From NCBI GenBank assembly GCA_038496445.1, contig JALMLS010000507.1:496001-560000 (forward strand): 64,000 bases of DNA, written 5' to 3'. Both the position numbers and the translations under genes were made by a program. Below, piece after piece: positions 39,347 through 52,400 of this stretch. The notes beneath the pieces were generated by a model, which was given only the letters and a program-made list of their open reading frames with translations, had not been told where the DNA came from and did no database searches. Each line of letters starts with the position of its first letter. Within the stretch, counting starts at the first letter, position 1. This DNA comes from Trichosphaerium sp. ATCC 40318 (taxonomy: Eukaryota; Protista; Tubulinea).

Positions 39347-42144
39347 TCATTGCACATAAGCATCACAATCCACAACTGTGCATCCATGAAATGCAGTCCA
39401 TCCTTTACACATGCTAATCTCAAAGTTCCTTGATTGTTCGTTTGTAATAATACGTCTGTTTGCAAGAAACCTCAGGTTCCTTCTAACGCAACCCATGAAA
39501 ATATGTTCGAAGTAAAAAAGAGGAGCACGTGTTCTTTGATGGTTGACACGAATATCACATGGAATCTCTGGGAAAAGAAGGGTTTCTCCTGCGGCTACGT
39601 TATAGAATCTGTTGACAACATTGCTTCCGGGCCATAATACTTGAACATAGTTTGCTTGAGAACTGGTACCAATACCATAAGACTTAGTCAAAGCGCTTTG
39701 CGAACTCATACTAAATTACAGTCAGATACAATGACATAAACAGTTGTGTTTTGGTACCTTGAGCCTCCCTCTATTGGTCGTGTGATTGTACCAGCATCGC
39801 TGGATACGGTTACTACCGATCCTATTCCATCACAAGGAGCTCTTGCTCCAGGGAGTAATCCAAAACCGCCAAAGAGTTTTACTTTGACGAAATTATTTTG
39901 CGAAGCTGCATTGCTTATTTCGACAGTTAGTGATCCTGTATCCCATTCTTCGCCGTTCCATGAGGTTCCTCCTTGTACTGGATCATATATAAGACTAACA
40001 AGAGGTTCTGGGTTTTCAACAAACTGGCAGGTGCCAAGTAAATTTTCGAACGCTTCAAGGTTATCCCTCAATCCAAGTTCGTCTATTATTGGCCTTCCGT
40101 ATGGCGAGCCACTTGGGATATCACCAGCAGATATTGTAACAATATCTGGGAATCCATCATTATTCAAGTCTCCAGTAGCAACACCTTGAGTGAGGCGTTT
40201 AACATGAAACTCTCCACTAGCGTAAAAGTCAGACAAAATCCTGCGAAGAAAAAAAAGGGCAATGGTTCATTTGCTACGTACTCAATGGCTTCGTCATCTC
40301 TGTCAAAAGTATCTCCATTATTGAGAAGTAAGCCTCCGGCGTTGGTAAACGCGCCCATAATCTGTGCGTTCAATCCGCCGTGGAAAATGAGATCAAGCTT
40401 TCCGTCGTTGTCAAAATCTTCTGCTGAGCATCCCCATCCGTCTGGCATTGCTCCTGTTTTTGTGAGGTTTCTGCTGAATGTTTTTGTTTCTTCATCTTGG
40501 AATACAAACTCTGAAGAAGACAGAACTGACTCTGGAGCGCCATTGTCGAAGAAAAAAGTAAAAATAGCTCCAAAATCAGAAACGAATGCATCAATGACTT
40601 GGTCATCATTGAAATCACCAAAAGCCATACCCATTGGTGATTCAGAAATATCAGACTCTTCAGTACGATCAACAAAATAAACTTGACCCCAAGGCGCAAC
40701 ATCTAAAAAATCACGTGGTGAGCATAACAAAGAATATGGAAAAAAGAAAGAAAACACATTGATTTTTTTGATTAAAAAGTTTACCTGCTGCATTACTTTC
40801 GTATACCCTTAAGAAACCTCTAGATGGTGTTCCTGGTAAACCTACTTCTTGAAGGCATCTATCATCACCAAAGAAAATATCTACATCACCATCTTGGTCA
40901 TAATCGACAATAGAAACAGCAAATGTAGGTCCTCTGAAGTTTCTTAAACCATGTTCTTCTCCTTGTTCTTCAAACTTCATTTTGCTCGCTAAAAAGAAAA
41001 GATAAGTTCTCTTGGCTCAAATAATGTGAATTTCTTTAGTATGGTATACTTTGGATCCAGAGTTCATTGTATCCGTTGTTATCAAATAGAATACAACAGC
41101 AAGGTTGTGATGTTTCCAAGTTTTGAAAGTAATTCGCAATAACAATGTCATGTCTTCCATCGCTGTTAACATCTGCTATAGCACACGAGACTGAATTTTC
41201 AACAGTACTGCTGATTCTCTTTGCTTGCTTAAAGCGTCCATTTCCTTGATTTTCGAGCACTAAGCTGAAGTCACCTTGTCCACCAAGAACAACGAGATCA
41301 TAATCGCCATCGTTGTCTAAATCGGCAAAACAAGTTCCCATGGAGTTATGTGTTCTTAACTCAACTCTAGCTCGAGCTCTACAACAAAATTAATGACAAA
41401 TTTAAAGAAAACGCGTAATTAATCACGTGATAGAAAAAAAAATAAAGGTTGAAAGAGATGAATAAGGCGTAGTAATACTTAAAATTGTATTCAGTAGCGT
41501 ACGCTTTGTCTATGAAGGTGACTTGGCCTGTTTCTATAAATTGGTTCTGAAACAAAGAGTTTTTATCTCTATTGCTGTTCGTTACGTAGATATCTTCATC
41601 TCCGTCCCCATCGTAGTCAAAAACAGCGACGCCTGGGAAACCACCCGGAAATTGTGGACCATTGAATCTACGAAGTACTATTTAGTAAGAGAGGACAAAA
41701 ATTACAACAGACGTGTATTTTAAGGATAAGATGACAAACAACAATTAAAAAAAAAGTACACAAAGTCAAAGACTTTTCAGTTTTTTCTAAATTGGGGTGA
41801 TAAGATCCACACCAAACTCCGGGTTTAGTGTTTCGTTTGCCGTACCCAGGATCGAATTGGCCTACGGGATTTGCTTGAGAACCACGTGCGTATTCTAACC
41901 ATGCACGGTAAATATCATCTGAAAAACTTCTAGAAAAGTGAAGTCCTGATGTTGAAGGTGTTCTTGCAATGTCTGTAAAAAGAAGTCCGCTGGGGTTAGC
42001 GCTAAAGAAAAGAGTGAACTAAAGTTCTTCATAAAGTGCGGTACTAATAAAGAAGTTTTCTACAGACAGTAACTATGTATCGTACCATCGCGAAATCATG
42101 AAAAAAGATACAATAATTACTATTAGTTGATGAAGTGTTGTCAT
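39347..42144 (-). CDS. Secreted CRTAC1-like FG-GAP propeller protein with ASPIC/UnbV domain
   Basis: Signal peptide, FTDIA, repeated D-x-D/N-x-D-G-x-x-D motifs (FDYDGDGDEDIY, ADLDNDGDYDL, ADVNSDGRHDI, GDLNNDGFPDI), and ASPIC motifs CDGIGSVVTV, GGSSMSSQS and VQVLWPGS. Confidence 0.9.
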
Positions 42145-43785
42145 TTGTACTGGCTTTCTGTATTTTGGCATTTTCATGTGATCCAATGCCGTGCATATTT
42201 AAGTGCAGGTACACATACGTAACCATGTTTACGAAAAAATTTCTCCACGGAGCTTAATACTAGCATGGTGTTGATAGTTAAAAAACTGGCTAAAGTTCGA
42301 AATAATAAAAATAATCTTGAGACGCGGGGATGGTTCAAGAGTACATAACCCCGGATACAAATAGCACGCTATCTTTGATGATATTATAGTACTACCAATT
42401 AGTTAAAACGAACGCTAAAAAGGCTACAAAGAGTAATCGTCGAGATAAGAATCCATGTGAATTCTGTTGTATAGAACCATACTAAAACAAAACAAACTTT
42501 CCTCCTTCTTCTTAAGTATTGATGTAGATTGCTTATATCAGGCCCAGTACAACTTTCATTCAATAATGGAGCTTCATTTTGAGTGAACTTCCGGATTGCT
42601 CTAGCTGCGAAAATCGTTGACAAAACAAAAGTGGTTGCTACCAAGCGGAGATTAAGAACCAGCACAGTGCACACACCAGAATATAAATATCGTTTTTGCT
42701 GCACAGGTTTTGATTTTTTTCCCAGTCAAAAAACTCCGCAGCGAGAAAACGACAGTATTAACACCTACACGTGATTTTAAAATACAAATAATGTTGTAAA
42801 AGTTGTAAAAAAATTTTTACTTTTTATTTGTGACAACTTTTTGTTCTAGTTTACTAAAACCACTGCGAAGATATATGACGCTATATCCCACGCTCAAACC
42901 ACTTTTTGAAACAGCCATTAAAGAGTATACTACCACGTCATTAGACTTAAGAAGCGAATTCTTATGTTTTGAAAAATGCATAGAAATAGTTACTTTTTGT
43001 ATGAAAAACTTCCAATGTACAACCAACCTATGCAGAAGTTTTTTTTTACTCTAGAGTTGAGTGGATTGTTCCTCATAAATACTGCACTTCGCTATTTACT
43101 ACTGTTTTACAATAGTGGTTTCTTTATGGTTTCTCAATAGCTCACCACAATTGTACAAAAAATCTGAGTAAGTTCTTGAACAGGTAACTTGTACTTTTTA
43201 TTGTTTCATCTTGCCAATATCAAAGCTACAGCCTACCGTAGCATGTTAAAGTTCAAGCTACTTTCCGCTTTCATTAAAAATACTAGCACAAAACAATAAT
43301 AACCTACAAAATAAGGTGCACAGTACATTTTGTGACAAGTACTATTGAAAAAAAAAACAGGTAAAAATAAAACTGATTACAGGTTGCCGCGAACTACGAC
43401 AATAGGCGTGTTACCTACACTATTTGGATTCAAACTCTTGTAGTACCTTGGCCACAGTAGACAAAAAACTCAAGCAGCACACGATATCATCCTTATTGAG
43501 TGACTAGATGTCAAGTAGCCTATTTGAAAGCGAAAACAGCTCTGTATTGGTAGAGAAGAGAAATTGTTCCACCAAAAAATCACGTGGAAGAGCTCCATAT
43601 TCACCAGAATAAAAAAAATTGAAAGCCTTTTGCACTAACACAACACAAGCGTCACATCTCTCTGTAAGTTTTTTTAGCATCTGTAGTGTAACTACAAATG
43701 ACACAAAAACAAAACGCGAAAATGATTCTAAGCCAAGGTTTGCGACTTACCAGATTCAAATTATTATTTACCCGTTGCGTTTCAG

Positions 43786-46059
43786 ATGATACGTTATATC
43801 AACGATAAAGGGCTTGCAGCACTAGATAATTATAAATACAAGAGCGAGGACTTGTCCATATTGCGCTACCTTTTCCTTGGCGATTTTTGGGAAATGGTAG
43901 TGCAATGTGTGCCCTTGTGGGTTGCGTACGGCTCTAATCAATAGTCGTATTTTATTAACCCCCAACTAGGCCAAATCTGGTACATAATTAGCTCTAGCGC
44001 TTACAACGGTGGTTTATTCTTTAATTAGATAACTATGGTTGGATTTATCTCTTTGTTGGCGAATATGTTCGTTAGCCTTTATTATTTCACCTACGAGATA
44101 CCTCCTCCAACATGGTTGTTTGCGATGGTCGCTTTTAACCTTTTCTTCTATCAAACAATGGACAATATTGACGGCAAACAAGTACGCACGAACGCACATT
44201 GAACCGCCCGACGCTTGTGTACTGCACAACCGTCATTTTAGACTGCAAATGGCCAAAAACCACGCCAAGGCGTTGCGGACAGTGGACCAGACAAACTTCC
44301 GCTACTTTAGCCGACGCCGGCATTTCTTTTTCACGCTTGGGCGCAAATGCAATTTATCAGCGTCTAATGCAACATAGGCACGTCGTACAGGCGCTTCATC
44401 GGCTTTGGGCGAATTATTCGACCACGGTTGTGACTCTTTGTTCTTTATGGTACGAGCAACAGCACACTGAAGCGCAACAACATTCCTACAACCTATTTAA
44501 AAAAGGCGCCATTGATTCTATTATTTCTTCATTTAGCTTGCAACTCATCTAATACTCACTAGACTATCTTTATTCCACTATCAATGGCTCTTGGCACTTC
44601 ATACCTTGAGGTACAGAGTAAATTAAACAAAAAGAGGAGCGAACAGATCTGTTCTGTTTTTGCAAACACTTTCCGGAGTTTGCTTCTTTTTTGAAAAACT
44701 TTCCATTGTTCCTCTTTGTATACTTATTTTTTTTTGTTCAGGCTTACATTCTCGTAACTCTTTCGCACACCGCATTTTACTCTGCACACTGGGAAGAGTA
44801 TCCATAAAGACTTAATGACATTTTGTTTTTTTGAATTTTTTTTGAAATTTCCTTTATTACGTGGTGACGCCTAAAACTAAGGAGATCTCTCTTCTATTAT
44901 TGTTTCTTGACTATACGAGATATTACACAGACTTTTTGCTATTTGGTACACTTGCCAATCCTACTGAATTACAATGTGGAATGATGTTGGGCGTTTTATC
45001 TGGCATCTACCCAGGTACAAAGAAAATTTTATTACTGTCATATTATTCAAGTTAAACATGCGCCAAAATGTCGCCCAAAATTTTTTGTTTAACTGCAGTG
45101 TTTAACTTAAACGACACGCACAATAAAAGCTGAAACAATTCTTATTTCGATTCAGGACCACAGTGGTGGCAAGCTACCCGTAATGTTGGTGAACTTCTCT
45201 CCTTGGTCGGTATTGAAGAAGTTGGTCATGAGATTGACTTTACAATGATCCAATTCTTGGTTTTTGTGTCTGTTTTGGGTGTTAGTATTGCTGTACTTAT
45301 CAAGTACGTTTTTTTTTCTGGCTTAATTTTTTTTGATGTTTTCTTTACTTGATACACTTCTTATTGTATTTTAGTGCATACACTGCATTGACAAAGAGAG
45401 ATAAAGATGTTCATCCAGAACCTCTTACTGCCTCATTTGTTTTACCTATGGCTCCATATGCCGCTTTAGTTTGTATGTCTTTTAAACACTATTCTTGTTT
45501 TTTTTTCCTCTTTTGTTGACTTTGCTGTAGTTCTATTGGGTGGTTGGATATACCTTTCTCCAGGTGAAGTACTCTTATCAAAGGAGCAATTTGTATACAC
45601 AGTTGCATTCCAATCCCTTCAGTTCTCCTTCCTTTGCGTACGTTTTTGTAGAAAAAACTACCTAAAAAACAACAAAAAAGAACTCACATTTCTCTTTTCA
45701 AGAACTCTCTCGTTATGAGCAGAATCTGTCGCTTGAAATTCCCAACCCGCCGTGTAAACTACGTACTTGTATTCCCACTTCTTGGATTCCTCAACACAAT
45801 TGTCCTATTCGAGTACGTCACAGCCCTCTCATCCTTCAACTTGTCTTCTTTGCTCGTTTTTTTTATTTCAAAAGAAATCTACTCACGTTATGTTCTCTTT
45901 AGGGGTAAACCAATTATTCCTGAATGGCTTGCTATGCCAGCTATCTTTTGGGCTTTCCTTATTTTCTACGCTGACTTTATCTTATCTGTTGTCAACCAAC
46001 TTACAACATACTTGGAGATTAAAGTATTTGTTATTCCTGATGTTGAAAAAGACGAATAA
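43786..46059 (+). CDS. CEPT1: Choline/ethanolamine phosphotransferase (CDP-alcohol phosphatidyltransferase)
   Basis: LDNYKYKSED, WVAPNLITMVG and the family signature [36 protein letters not shown] and FGTLANPTE follow. Confidence 0.92.
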
Positions 46060-46289
46060 ATATAACCAAGCGGCATTAGCGCTCATGTTAACAAACAAAA
46101 GTGTTCTTATTAATTCCAGATACCTTGTGTTACTTGTAGTAGTTGTTTTGGATTATGCTGAAAAGAAAGACGTTCTATGGAAGATGTCACACCAACGTTT
46201 TTCTTCCACAATTCTGTTTGACTCGTCTTGACTCTCTCAGAGAAAACAAAACTTAACTGTACAAATTAAGACATTTCATACTCCTCAAT

Positions 46290-47061
46290 ATGGACAATAC
46301 AACACTTCTAGCAAAGATATCGGCTCTTGCTGCTACAAATGACGAAATAATTTCTGAGATAAACGAAACGACTACAAATTACGACCCTATTGTAGCTAAA
46401 TACAACTATCAACTTAGCATGATGCATAAAAGGAAATACGCGAATCATATCAATGAGCATGGCCCAGATTTACAGCGAACTGTTGGAAACATAACAATTT
46501 CACTACGTGAACAGAAAGAGTTTCAAGATGGCAGAACGATTGTGTATAGCAGACGGCCACTAGTACTACAAGAAATCAAGGACTTATTCAATGACAAATT
46601 GGTATACAATTGCGTAAACTATACAGCAGTTTGCAAATTAAACCAAGCTATGCTTCCGGTTGCTTTAAAATACGATATTTTTGAGAACAGTTCAAAGGCA
46701 ACTGCCATTCTCCGACAATTCTTGTGCGTCTTCTGTGTGGGTTTGCACTACATTTACTATTTATTTTTTCTGTTCTTTATAGAATATGACACTCGCTAGG
46801 TATAATTTTGAGAAAATACAAGTTTACTTGGGGAACATTCAAGTTAAGCTTCAAGATACTCCAAAAGATAGCAAAAAATATAATAGAGTTAGAAAAAACA
46901 CATCTAAGCTTATGAACACCTTGCTAGCGTTACAAGTTGATGGCGTTGTTGTTAGTATAAATGGTAAGATTAGCGTAATTCCACTTTTGCTGATTTCATC
47001 ATTTCATTTTAGGTTTTTTTTAAGTGCTGCACGTGATGAAGTTAAGATACAAAGCTTCTAA
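46290..47061 (+). CDS. Hypothetical protein (about 220-240 aa, probably two introns)
   Basis: A long ATG-initiated exon followed by compatible GT-AG introns. No family recognised. Confidence 0.5.
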
Positions 47062-47389
47062 ACAATCGATATTTTCCTTTTTTTTTATTAGCAAGTCAAG
47101 AATAGTACCAGTCAATAAACCACACATTATTTCAACACAAAATTAGTACCTCCATGTGGCTCATTGAGAAAAAAATCGTAAAGCAACTGGAAGTTTAAGG
47201 TTGTCGTTGATTGTCATGTTGCTTTCATTTAAAACTAGGACATTTTTATTTTGTGCTTTGAACTTTTTATATTGAATACCTTGCGCCCACAGATAACTAC
47301 AAAGCAAATGATAAAATGAAAAGTTTGTAACAGAGCATACGATTATGACTTTTTCTGCAAATCAGTTTATAAGAAAACAGCTCCTTGGT

Positions 47390-47790
47390 CACGCAAGGAT
47401 CTTGTCTAATTCTGATACTAATCCATTTGCCAACATATTTACCCTTTGCAAGGCAAACCGGATGAGCCATGCTTTAGATGGTGGTATGTGGCACAAACAA
47501 CAGACCAACAAAGTTGTTTACTTATAGGTTTTGAATGTGAACCAACTGGCCAGATCAGTAGACCAGTAGACTAAGAGGATTCTTCTCGGTACAACAAAGA
47601 ATACAAACTTTTGTCTTGGTGGAGCAAATACCATTGCACCGGGACAGAGTCTAACCGTTCGCTTGTGGTGCGAACAACCAACATTGGAGTAAAATCAATA
47701 CAAGTGGTGATATATTCTGTGTACAACAGAGAAAGGCTCCAGGATTCTCCATTGCCGGTGCAATGGTGGAACTGACAATCAGCAGCAAAC
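47390..47790 (+). pseudogene. Possible decayed ricin-B (beta-trefoil) lectin fragment
   Basis: A stop-interrupted frame reads NFCLGGANTIAPGQSLTVRLWCEQPTLE*NQYKW*..EKGSRILHCRCNGGTDNQQ, resembling CL..G..C..NQxW repeats. Confidence 0.3.
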
Positions 47791-48208
47791 TACTTATTTT
47801 GTTGTTCTTTTCAATGAGCATTGTGTATAAATATCACGTGTTTACTAACCGGTTCTCGTAAACCTATTATTTTATTTCAATCTTCACAAACGAATGGTAG
47901 CTAACAATGGGAATTCACAACCGTAGTGTATTCACAGATATCTTCGAAAAGGAAGCTTGAAAATGAATTGAACAAAACAGTACCTCGTACACATGATACT
48001 TAATATGTCAGTTCATAGAATTATTTATTCAAAGCGATACGAACAGACCTTTTAACGTACAAACAGAAAGCTTTTGAGGGATCATGAGCGATCTCCTGTT
48101 CCTAGAGTTTGATTTTATCACATTAGCAACTCATACATACTAAAACTTGGGCTACTATCTATAACTTGGAACCGGCAAGTATAATAATGACAAACAGCCA
48201 CCGTTGTA

Positions 48209-49120
48209 TCACTCAACAGGGGAATTTTTTGTTGCTGTTTTGTAACCCGACAAATGAGTGTGAGCAAGTGCGTTGAGTCCCTCACCTGTTACTTTTGTTC
48301 CTTTGAAGTAAATTGTACTAGCTCCAACAAGTGCTTTGATGCCTTCATCTGTAATGTGCCTACAATCAGAAAGATCAATGGTATGAACTCCAGCAAGCGC
48401 TTTAATGCCTTCATCTGTTATGTGCAAACAACTTTTAAGAATAACATTATGAACCCCTGCAAGTGCTTTAAGGCCTTCATCTGTCACATCAGTATACTTA
48501 AGATCAATTTCATAAAGTCTTGTAGGCACTTTGATGCCTTTGTCTGTTATGCCAGCCAGAGTCTTAATGGCGTCATCTGTCACTGCAGTACACCCAAGAC
48601 AAATTGTATGAACACCAGCAAGCGCTTTTATGCCTTCATCTGTTATGTGCCTACAATCATAAAGATCAATGGTATGTACTCCAGCAAGTGCTTTAAGGCC
48701 TTCATCTGTCACATTAGTACGCATAAGGTCGATTGTATGAACACCAGCAAGCTCTTTAATGCCTTCATCTGTTATGTGCCTACAATCATAAAGGTAAATG
48801 GTATGTACCCCAGCAAGCGCTTTTAAGCCATCATCTGATACTGAAGTTCTGTCTAACGCAATAGTATGAACTCCGGCAAACATTTCTACTAAGTTTGAAG
48901 GGAAGTCAGAACGTATAGTAATTTTTGTGTGTTTCAAGCAACCGTGATGTTCAGTCAATGATTTTGCGTGTTTAGCGTCTTTAATTATAGCTCTTGTGTA
49001 TCCAATGATATCATGAACAATAGAGGCGAAGCATTGACAGGTTAGACAAACTGCATATCTCTTCAATGTAAAACGTAAAATATGAACTAAAACCTCTGTA
49101 GGCATGTCCAAAAGACACAT
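48209..49120 (-). CDS. Intronless F-box/leucine-rich repeat protein
   Basis: N-terminal CLLDMPTEVLVHIL...VCLTCQCF (F-box), then alternating 21/22-aa LRRs such as ALAGVHTIDLYDCRHITDEGIK. Confidence 0.9.
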   Translation of the reverse strand: MCLLDMPTEVLVHILRFTLKRYAVCLTCQCFASIVHDIIGYTRAIIKDAKHAKSLTEHHGCLKHTKITIRSDFPSNLVEMFAGVHTIALDRTSVSDDGLKALAGVHTIYLYDCRHITDEGIKELAGVHTIDLMRTNVTDEGLKALAGVHTIDLYDCRHITDEGIKALAGVHTICLGCTAVTDDAIKTLAGITDKGIKVPTRLYEIDLKYTDVTDEGLKALAGVHNVILKSCLHITDEGIKALAGVHTIDLSDCRHITDEGIKALVGASTIYFKGTKVTGEGLNALAHTHLSGYKTATKNSPVE

Positions 49121-49499
49121 TTCGTTACTACATGAAGGCTTTTAGAGCTATGGAGATTAACGTTGTAAACCAAGCAATACCTTTCAGTTGTAACAGTAGG
49201 CTCCATTGTGGCTATTCCTTCGTGTTATCACGTGAAAACTTATAAGTTTTAATAGCGCTTTGACTTTTGTTGAACATGTGGCTTACTTTTTTTTTTGGAC
49301 TTAGAAGCAAACTGTTTTTGGCCAAGCTTCCTTTCAACGATAATTAGAAAACATGGACATAATTCCCAACGCCAATGAGCACTGTTAGAGTAAGGGAGTA
49401 GTAGTATTGATATATATATCAGCCATCCAGTTCTATGAAGACACTGTGTCCTGACTCATTGTTAAATGTATACGCAATTAATTGATTCTTATTTTATTT

Positions 49500-52400
49500 T
49501 TACACTTTCTTTGGTTTAGGCTTATCACCTTTAAATTTCTTTGTAGCAGGTTCTGAACTATTACTACCATCACGTTCAAGTCGTCTCTTTAGAGAAGGTT
49601 TACGTGGGGATCCTTTCTTTGGTCTTGTGTCAAGAGCATAAATCGCCGCTGTTTGAAAAAGAAGTCAATAAAAAAATGTTTCGAAATAACAAACACGTGA
49701 CCACGAACCTACAAAGTCCTTCCACGAATAGTGTTTATGTGGTAATCTGTTACCCTTGTATGATAAACCTCCTACTAAAACATAGTCCGCTTTATCAGGT
49801 GACTGTAATTTGTCTCCATGAGCTGTTCAAGCGTGTTAGCTTTTCGTTATTTTCAAAAAGAAGAAGTAGGTTTTTTTATTTCGTTTATATTGTACCCATT
49901 TCCAGAATCCTGTTTAATGTCCCCTTATGTTTTAAATGATCTCTCTCAAAAGAAGGATCGATATAAAACGCTTTTTCAAAAAAAACTAAGTTCTTCACTT
50001 GGATACCATACTCTAAGACAATCCATTAATTTTTGAAGAAAAAAAAACTGGTAAAACTGTCAATCGGAAGAAATTATTCCACGTGATGACCACGTGATAT
50101 TAAAATATCATAAATTGTACGTACGTTCTTCAGGTAAGAATTGACTTGCAACATGGGAATCAGTGATCCAAGTAGTACTCATAAGCCATGTACCACGAAG
50201 AAGTGCAGCTACTGTTTTCAAAGTTTTTGTTCCTGAAGGTGCAACCTTTAAACTTCATATTTAGTGCTTTATGTGGTTACCAATGAACGTACAACATGTG
50301 TGACAGTACTATCAAATTTATCTGTAATCTCTGCATTAAGATCTTTTGCCATAAGTATACACTCTTGCCTCGTCTTAGTTACATCTAATTTTGACTCACC
50401 TTCAGAAAAAAAATTAGTTGATAACATATCATCTTCGTTTCCTTTTTTTTTCCTGCTTTGATTTATGATAATCACAAGCGCGAAATTAACATTGTACAAT
50501 TTTTATAGAGCAATAGGTTAACCATACCAAAAGATATCATGAGTTTAGTTGGCTTCCTTGAGGTGTTTGTTCTACCCGCATGAACCAATTGCTCTGATAC
50601 TGTTTCCGTGTTCATTTGAGGTGGAACAGCAGGTGGAGGTGAAACGCTTGTCATGGCATTTGGTGAAGCTAAACATAATCAATTAGACAAGCTTTAAAGG
50701 CTGTGTACAAAAGAGACTTACATTCTGCGCATTTAGCTTCATAACGCTCATCTCGTTCTTTAATCTTTTGCTTTAACCTTGCTATAATCATAGCTGCGTT
50801 CTTTGCTGCTTTTCGCTCATTTTTCTTACTTTCTTCCATAATTTGTCCTCTTGCTTTCTTTTCTTCAAGAAGTGCTTCATTAAGTCTCCTTATCTCTTGC
50901 TTCACAAAATAGCTTTCAGTGAGATTCTTAGGTTCTAAAAGTCACGTGGAGTACACGTGAGTTTAAAAAAAAAAGAAAGCTTACCTGTGCTTCTTGTGTA
51001 CTATCTTGCGATGCTTTGGTTACTTGAGTTTGAGATGCAACACTAGTTTCTAAAAGTTCCATTTGGCGTCTTGCTTTTTTTAATTCAGAAGCAGCTACTT
51101 CATGCTTTTTCTAGTGATACATGGTCAGGTTCTCAATAAAACTAGCTACGTTTAACTATCCATACCCTGGCCGCAATTAAATCGTTTCTCAAATTAGCCA
51201 TATCGTTCACAGTTGTTGCCTAAAGGAAAGTCAACTTTTGCATTTTTTAATTGAATGAAGGAATGTTAAAGCGTACAGATTTATCCATCAGAATCTTTTG
51301 TTGTGCCAAGCTAGCTTCCAGCTTTTCTTTATATGATTCCTCCTTCGCTTGTAATTTTGATAAAACACACTTAATACTATTGATATTTTTGTCTTTTTCA
51401 TTTATCGTTTGCTAACAAAAGAAAAAACGTCATGACAAAGACAACAAAAAAAAATCAACAAACCTGCAACTGGTTTAGTTTAACCTGAGCTGCATTTCCA
51501 GTCTCCTAAACACAGTTAAACAAAACGCTGGTCATACTTAACACGTACAATTCCTTTCTGTTTTTCTTCAACAGCGACTTGTAGTTCCTTCTTAGAGGCC
51601 TCAAGTTCAGCTCTATAAAAAAAAGAAGGTTAAGATGTTGGAAAAAAAAAGATTTGTAATAGAACGCACTTGAGCTTTGAAATTACGCCGTTTAGCTGCT
51701 CCACGGTTTTTGCATGCAATGCATTACGTTCTGTACGCTGTGCTTTTAGTTCTTTTGCATCATTTATTGCCATATTTTGCTTTTCTTGAGCAGTGCTCAA
51801 TGATGACTCAAGTTTGGAGATATCTGCGTTCTTATTTGTCAACTCATTTTTGACATTCTTAAGTTCCTCCACAGCCTTCTGACGTTCTTTTACTTCCGTC
51901 TCGAGGTCGCTCTCAAGTTTTTTCTTTGTTTTTGTAAGCTCTGAAATGGTGTCTTGAGCAGACTTGAGTTGTTTTTGGAATGTTTCGGTTTCCGAGTTAA
52001 CTTTTTTCGCCTGTTCAGCTAGAGGTTCATAACTCTTTTGTAGGGTTGCATGCTTTGCTTCCAATTCTTTTAAACTCTTGTCTTTACTATCATACTTTAT
52101 CTTTAATGACTTGAGCTCAAGAGAATTAGCATGAAGCCTCGATTTTTGGCTTTGATTTTCTGATGATAAGTCTGACGTCCTTTTGTTAAGTTCGGTCAGG
52201 TTATGCTTCATAGCAGCAATTTCTTTGTCTAGTAATTTTATCAGCATCAAAGCACTCTTTCATTGCACAATAACCATACCGAGTGCAGAAATACGCTTTT
52301 CTTTCTCTGAGAGAGTGTTTGACAGGCGTTTTGCATCTTGTATCTTTTTTGCCTCTTCTATCTGTTTCTTGTTGTTGATTTTCAGATTCTTGGGTGTAGC

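Noticed and set aside
42322-42355. GGTTCAAG within a short GC stem, resembling a tRNA T-arm
   Set aside because: No cloverleaf, D-arm or acceptor stem can be built.
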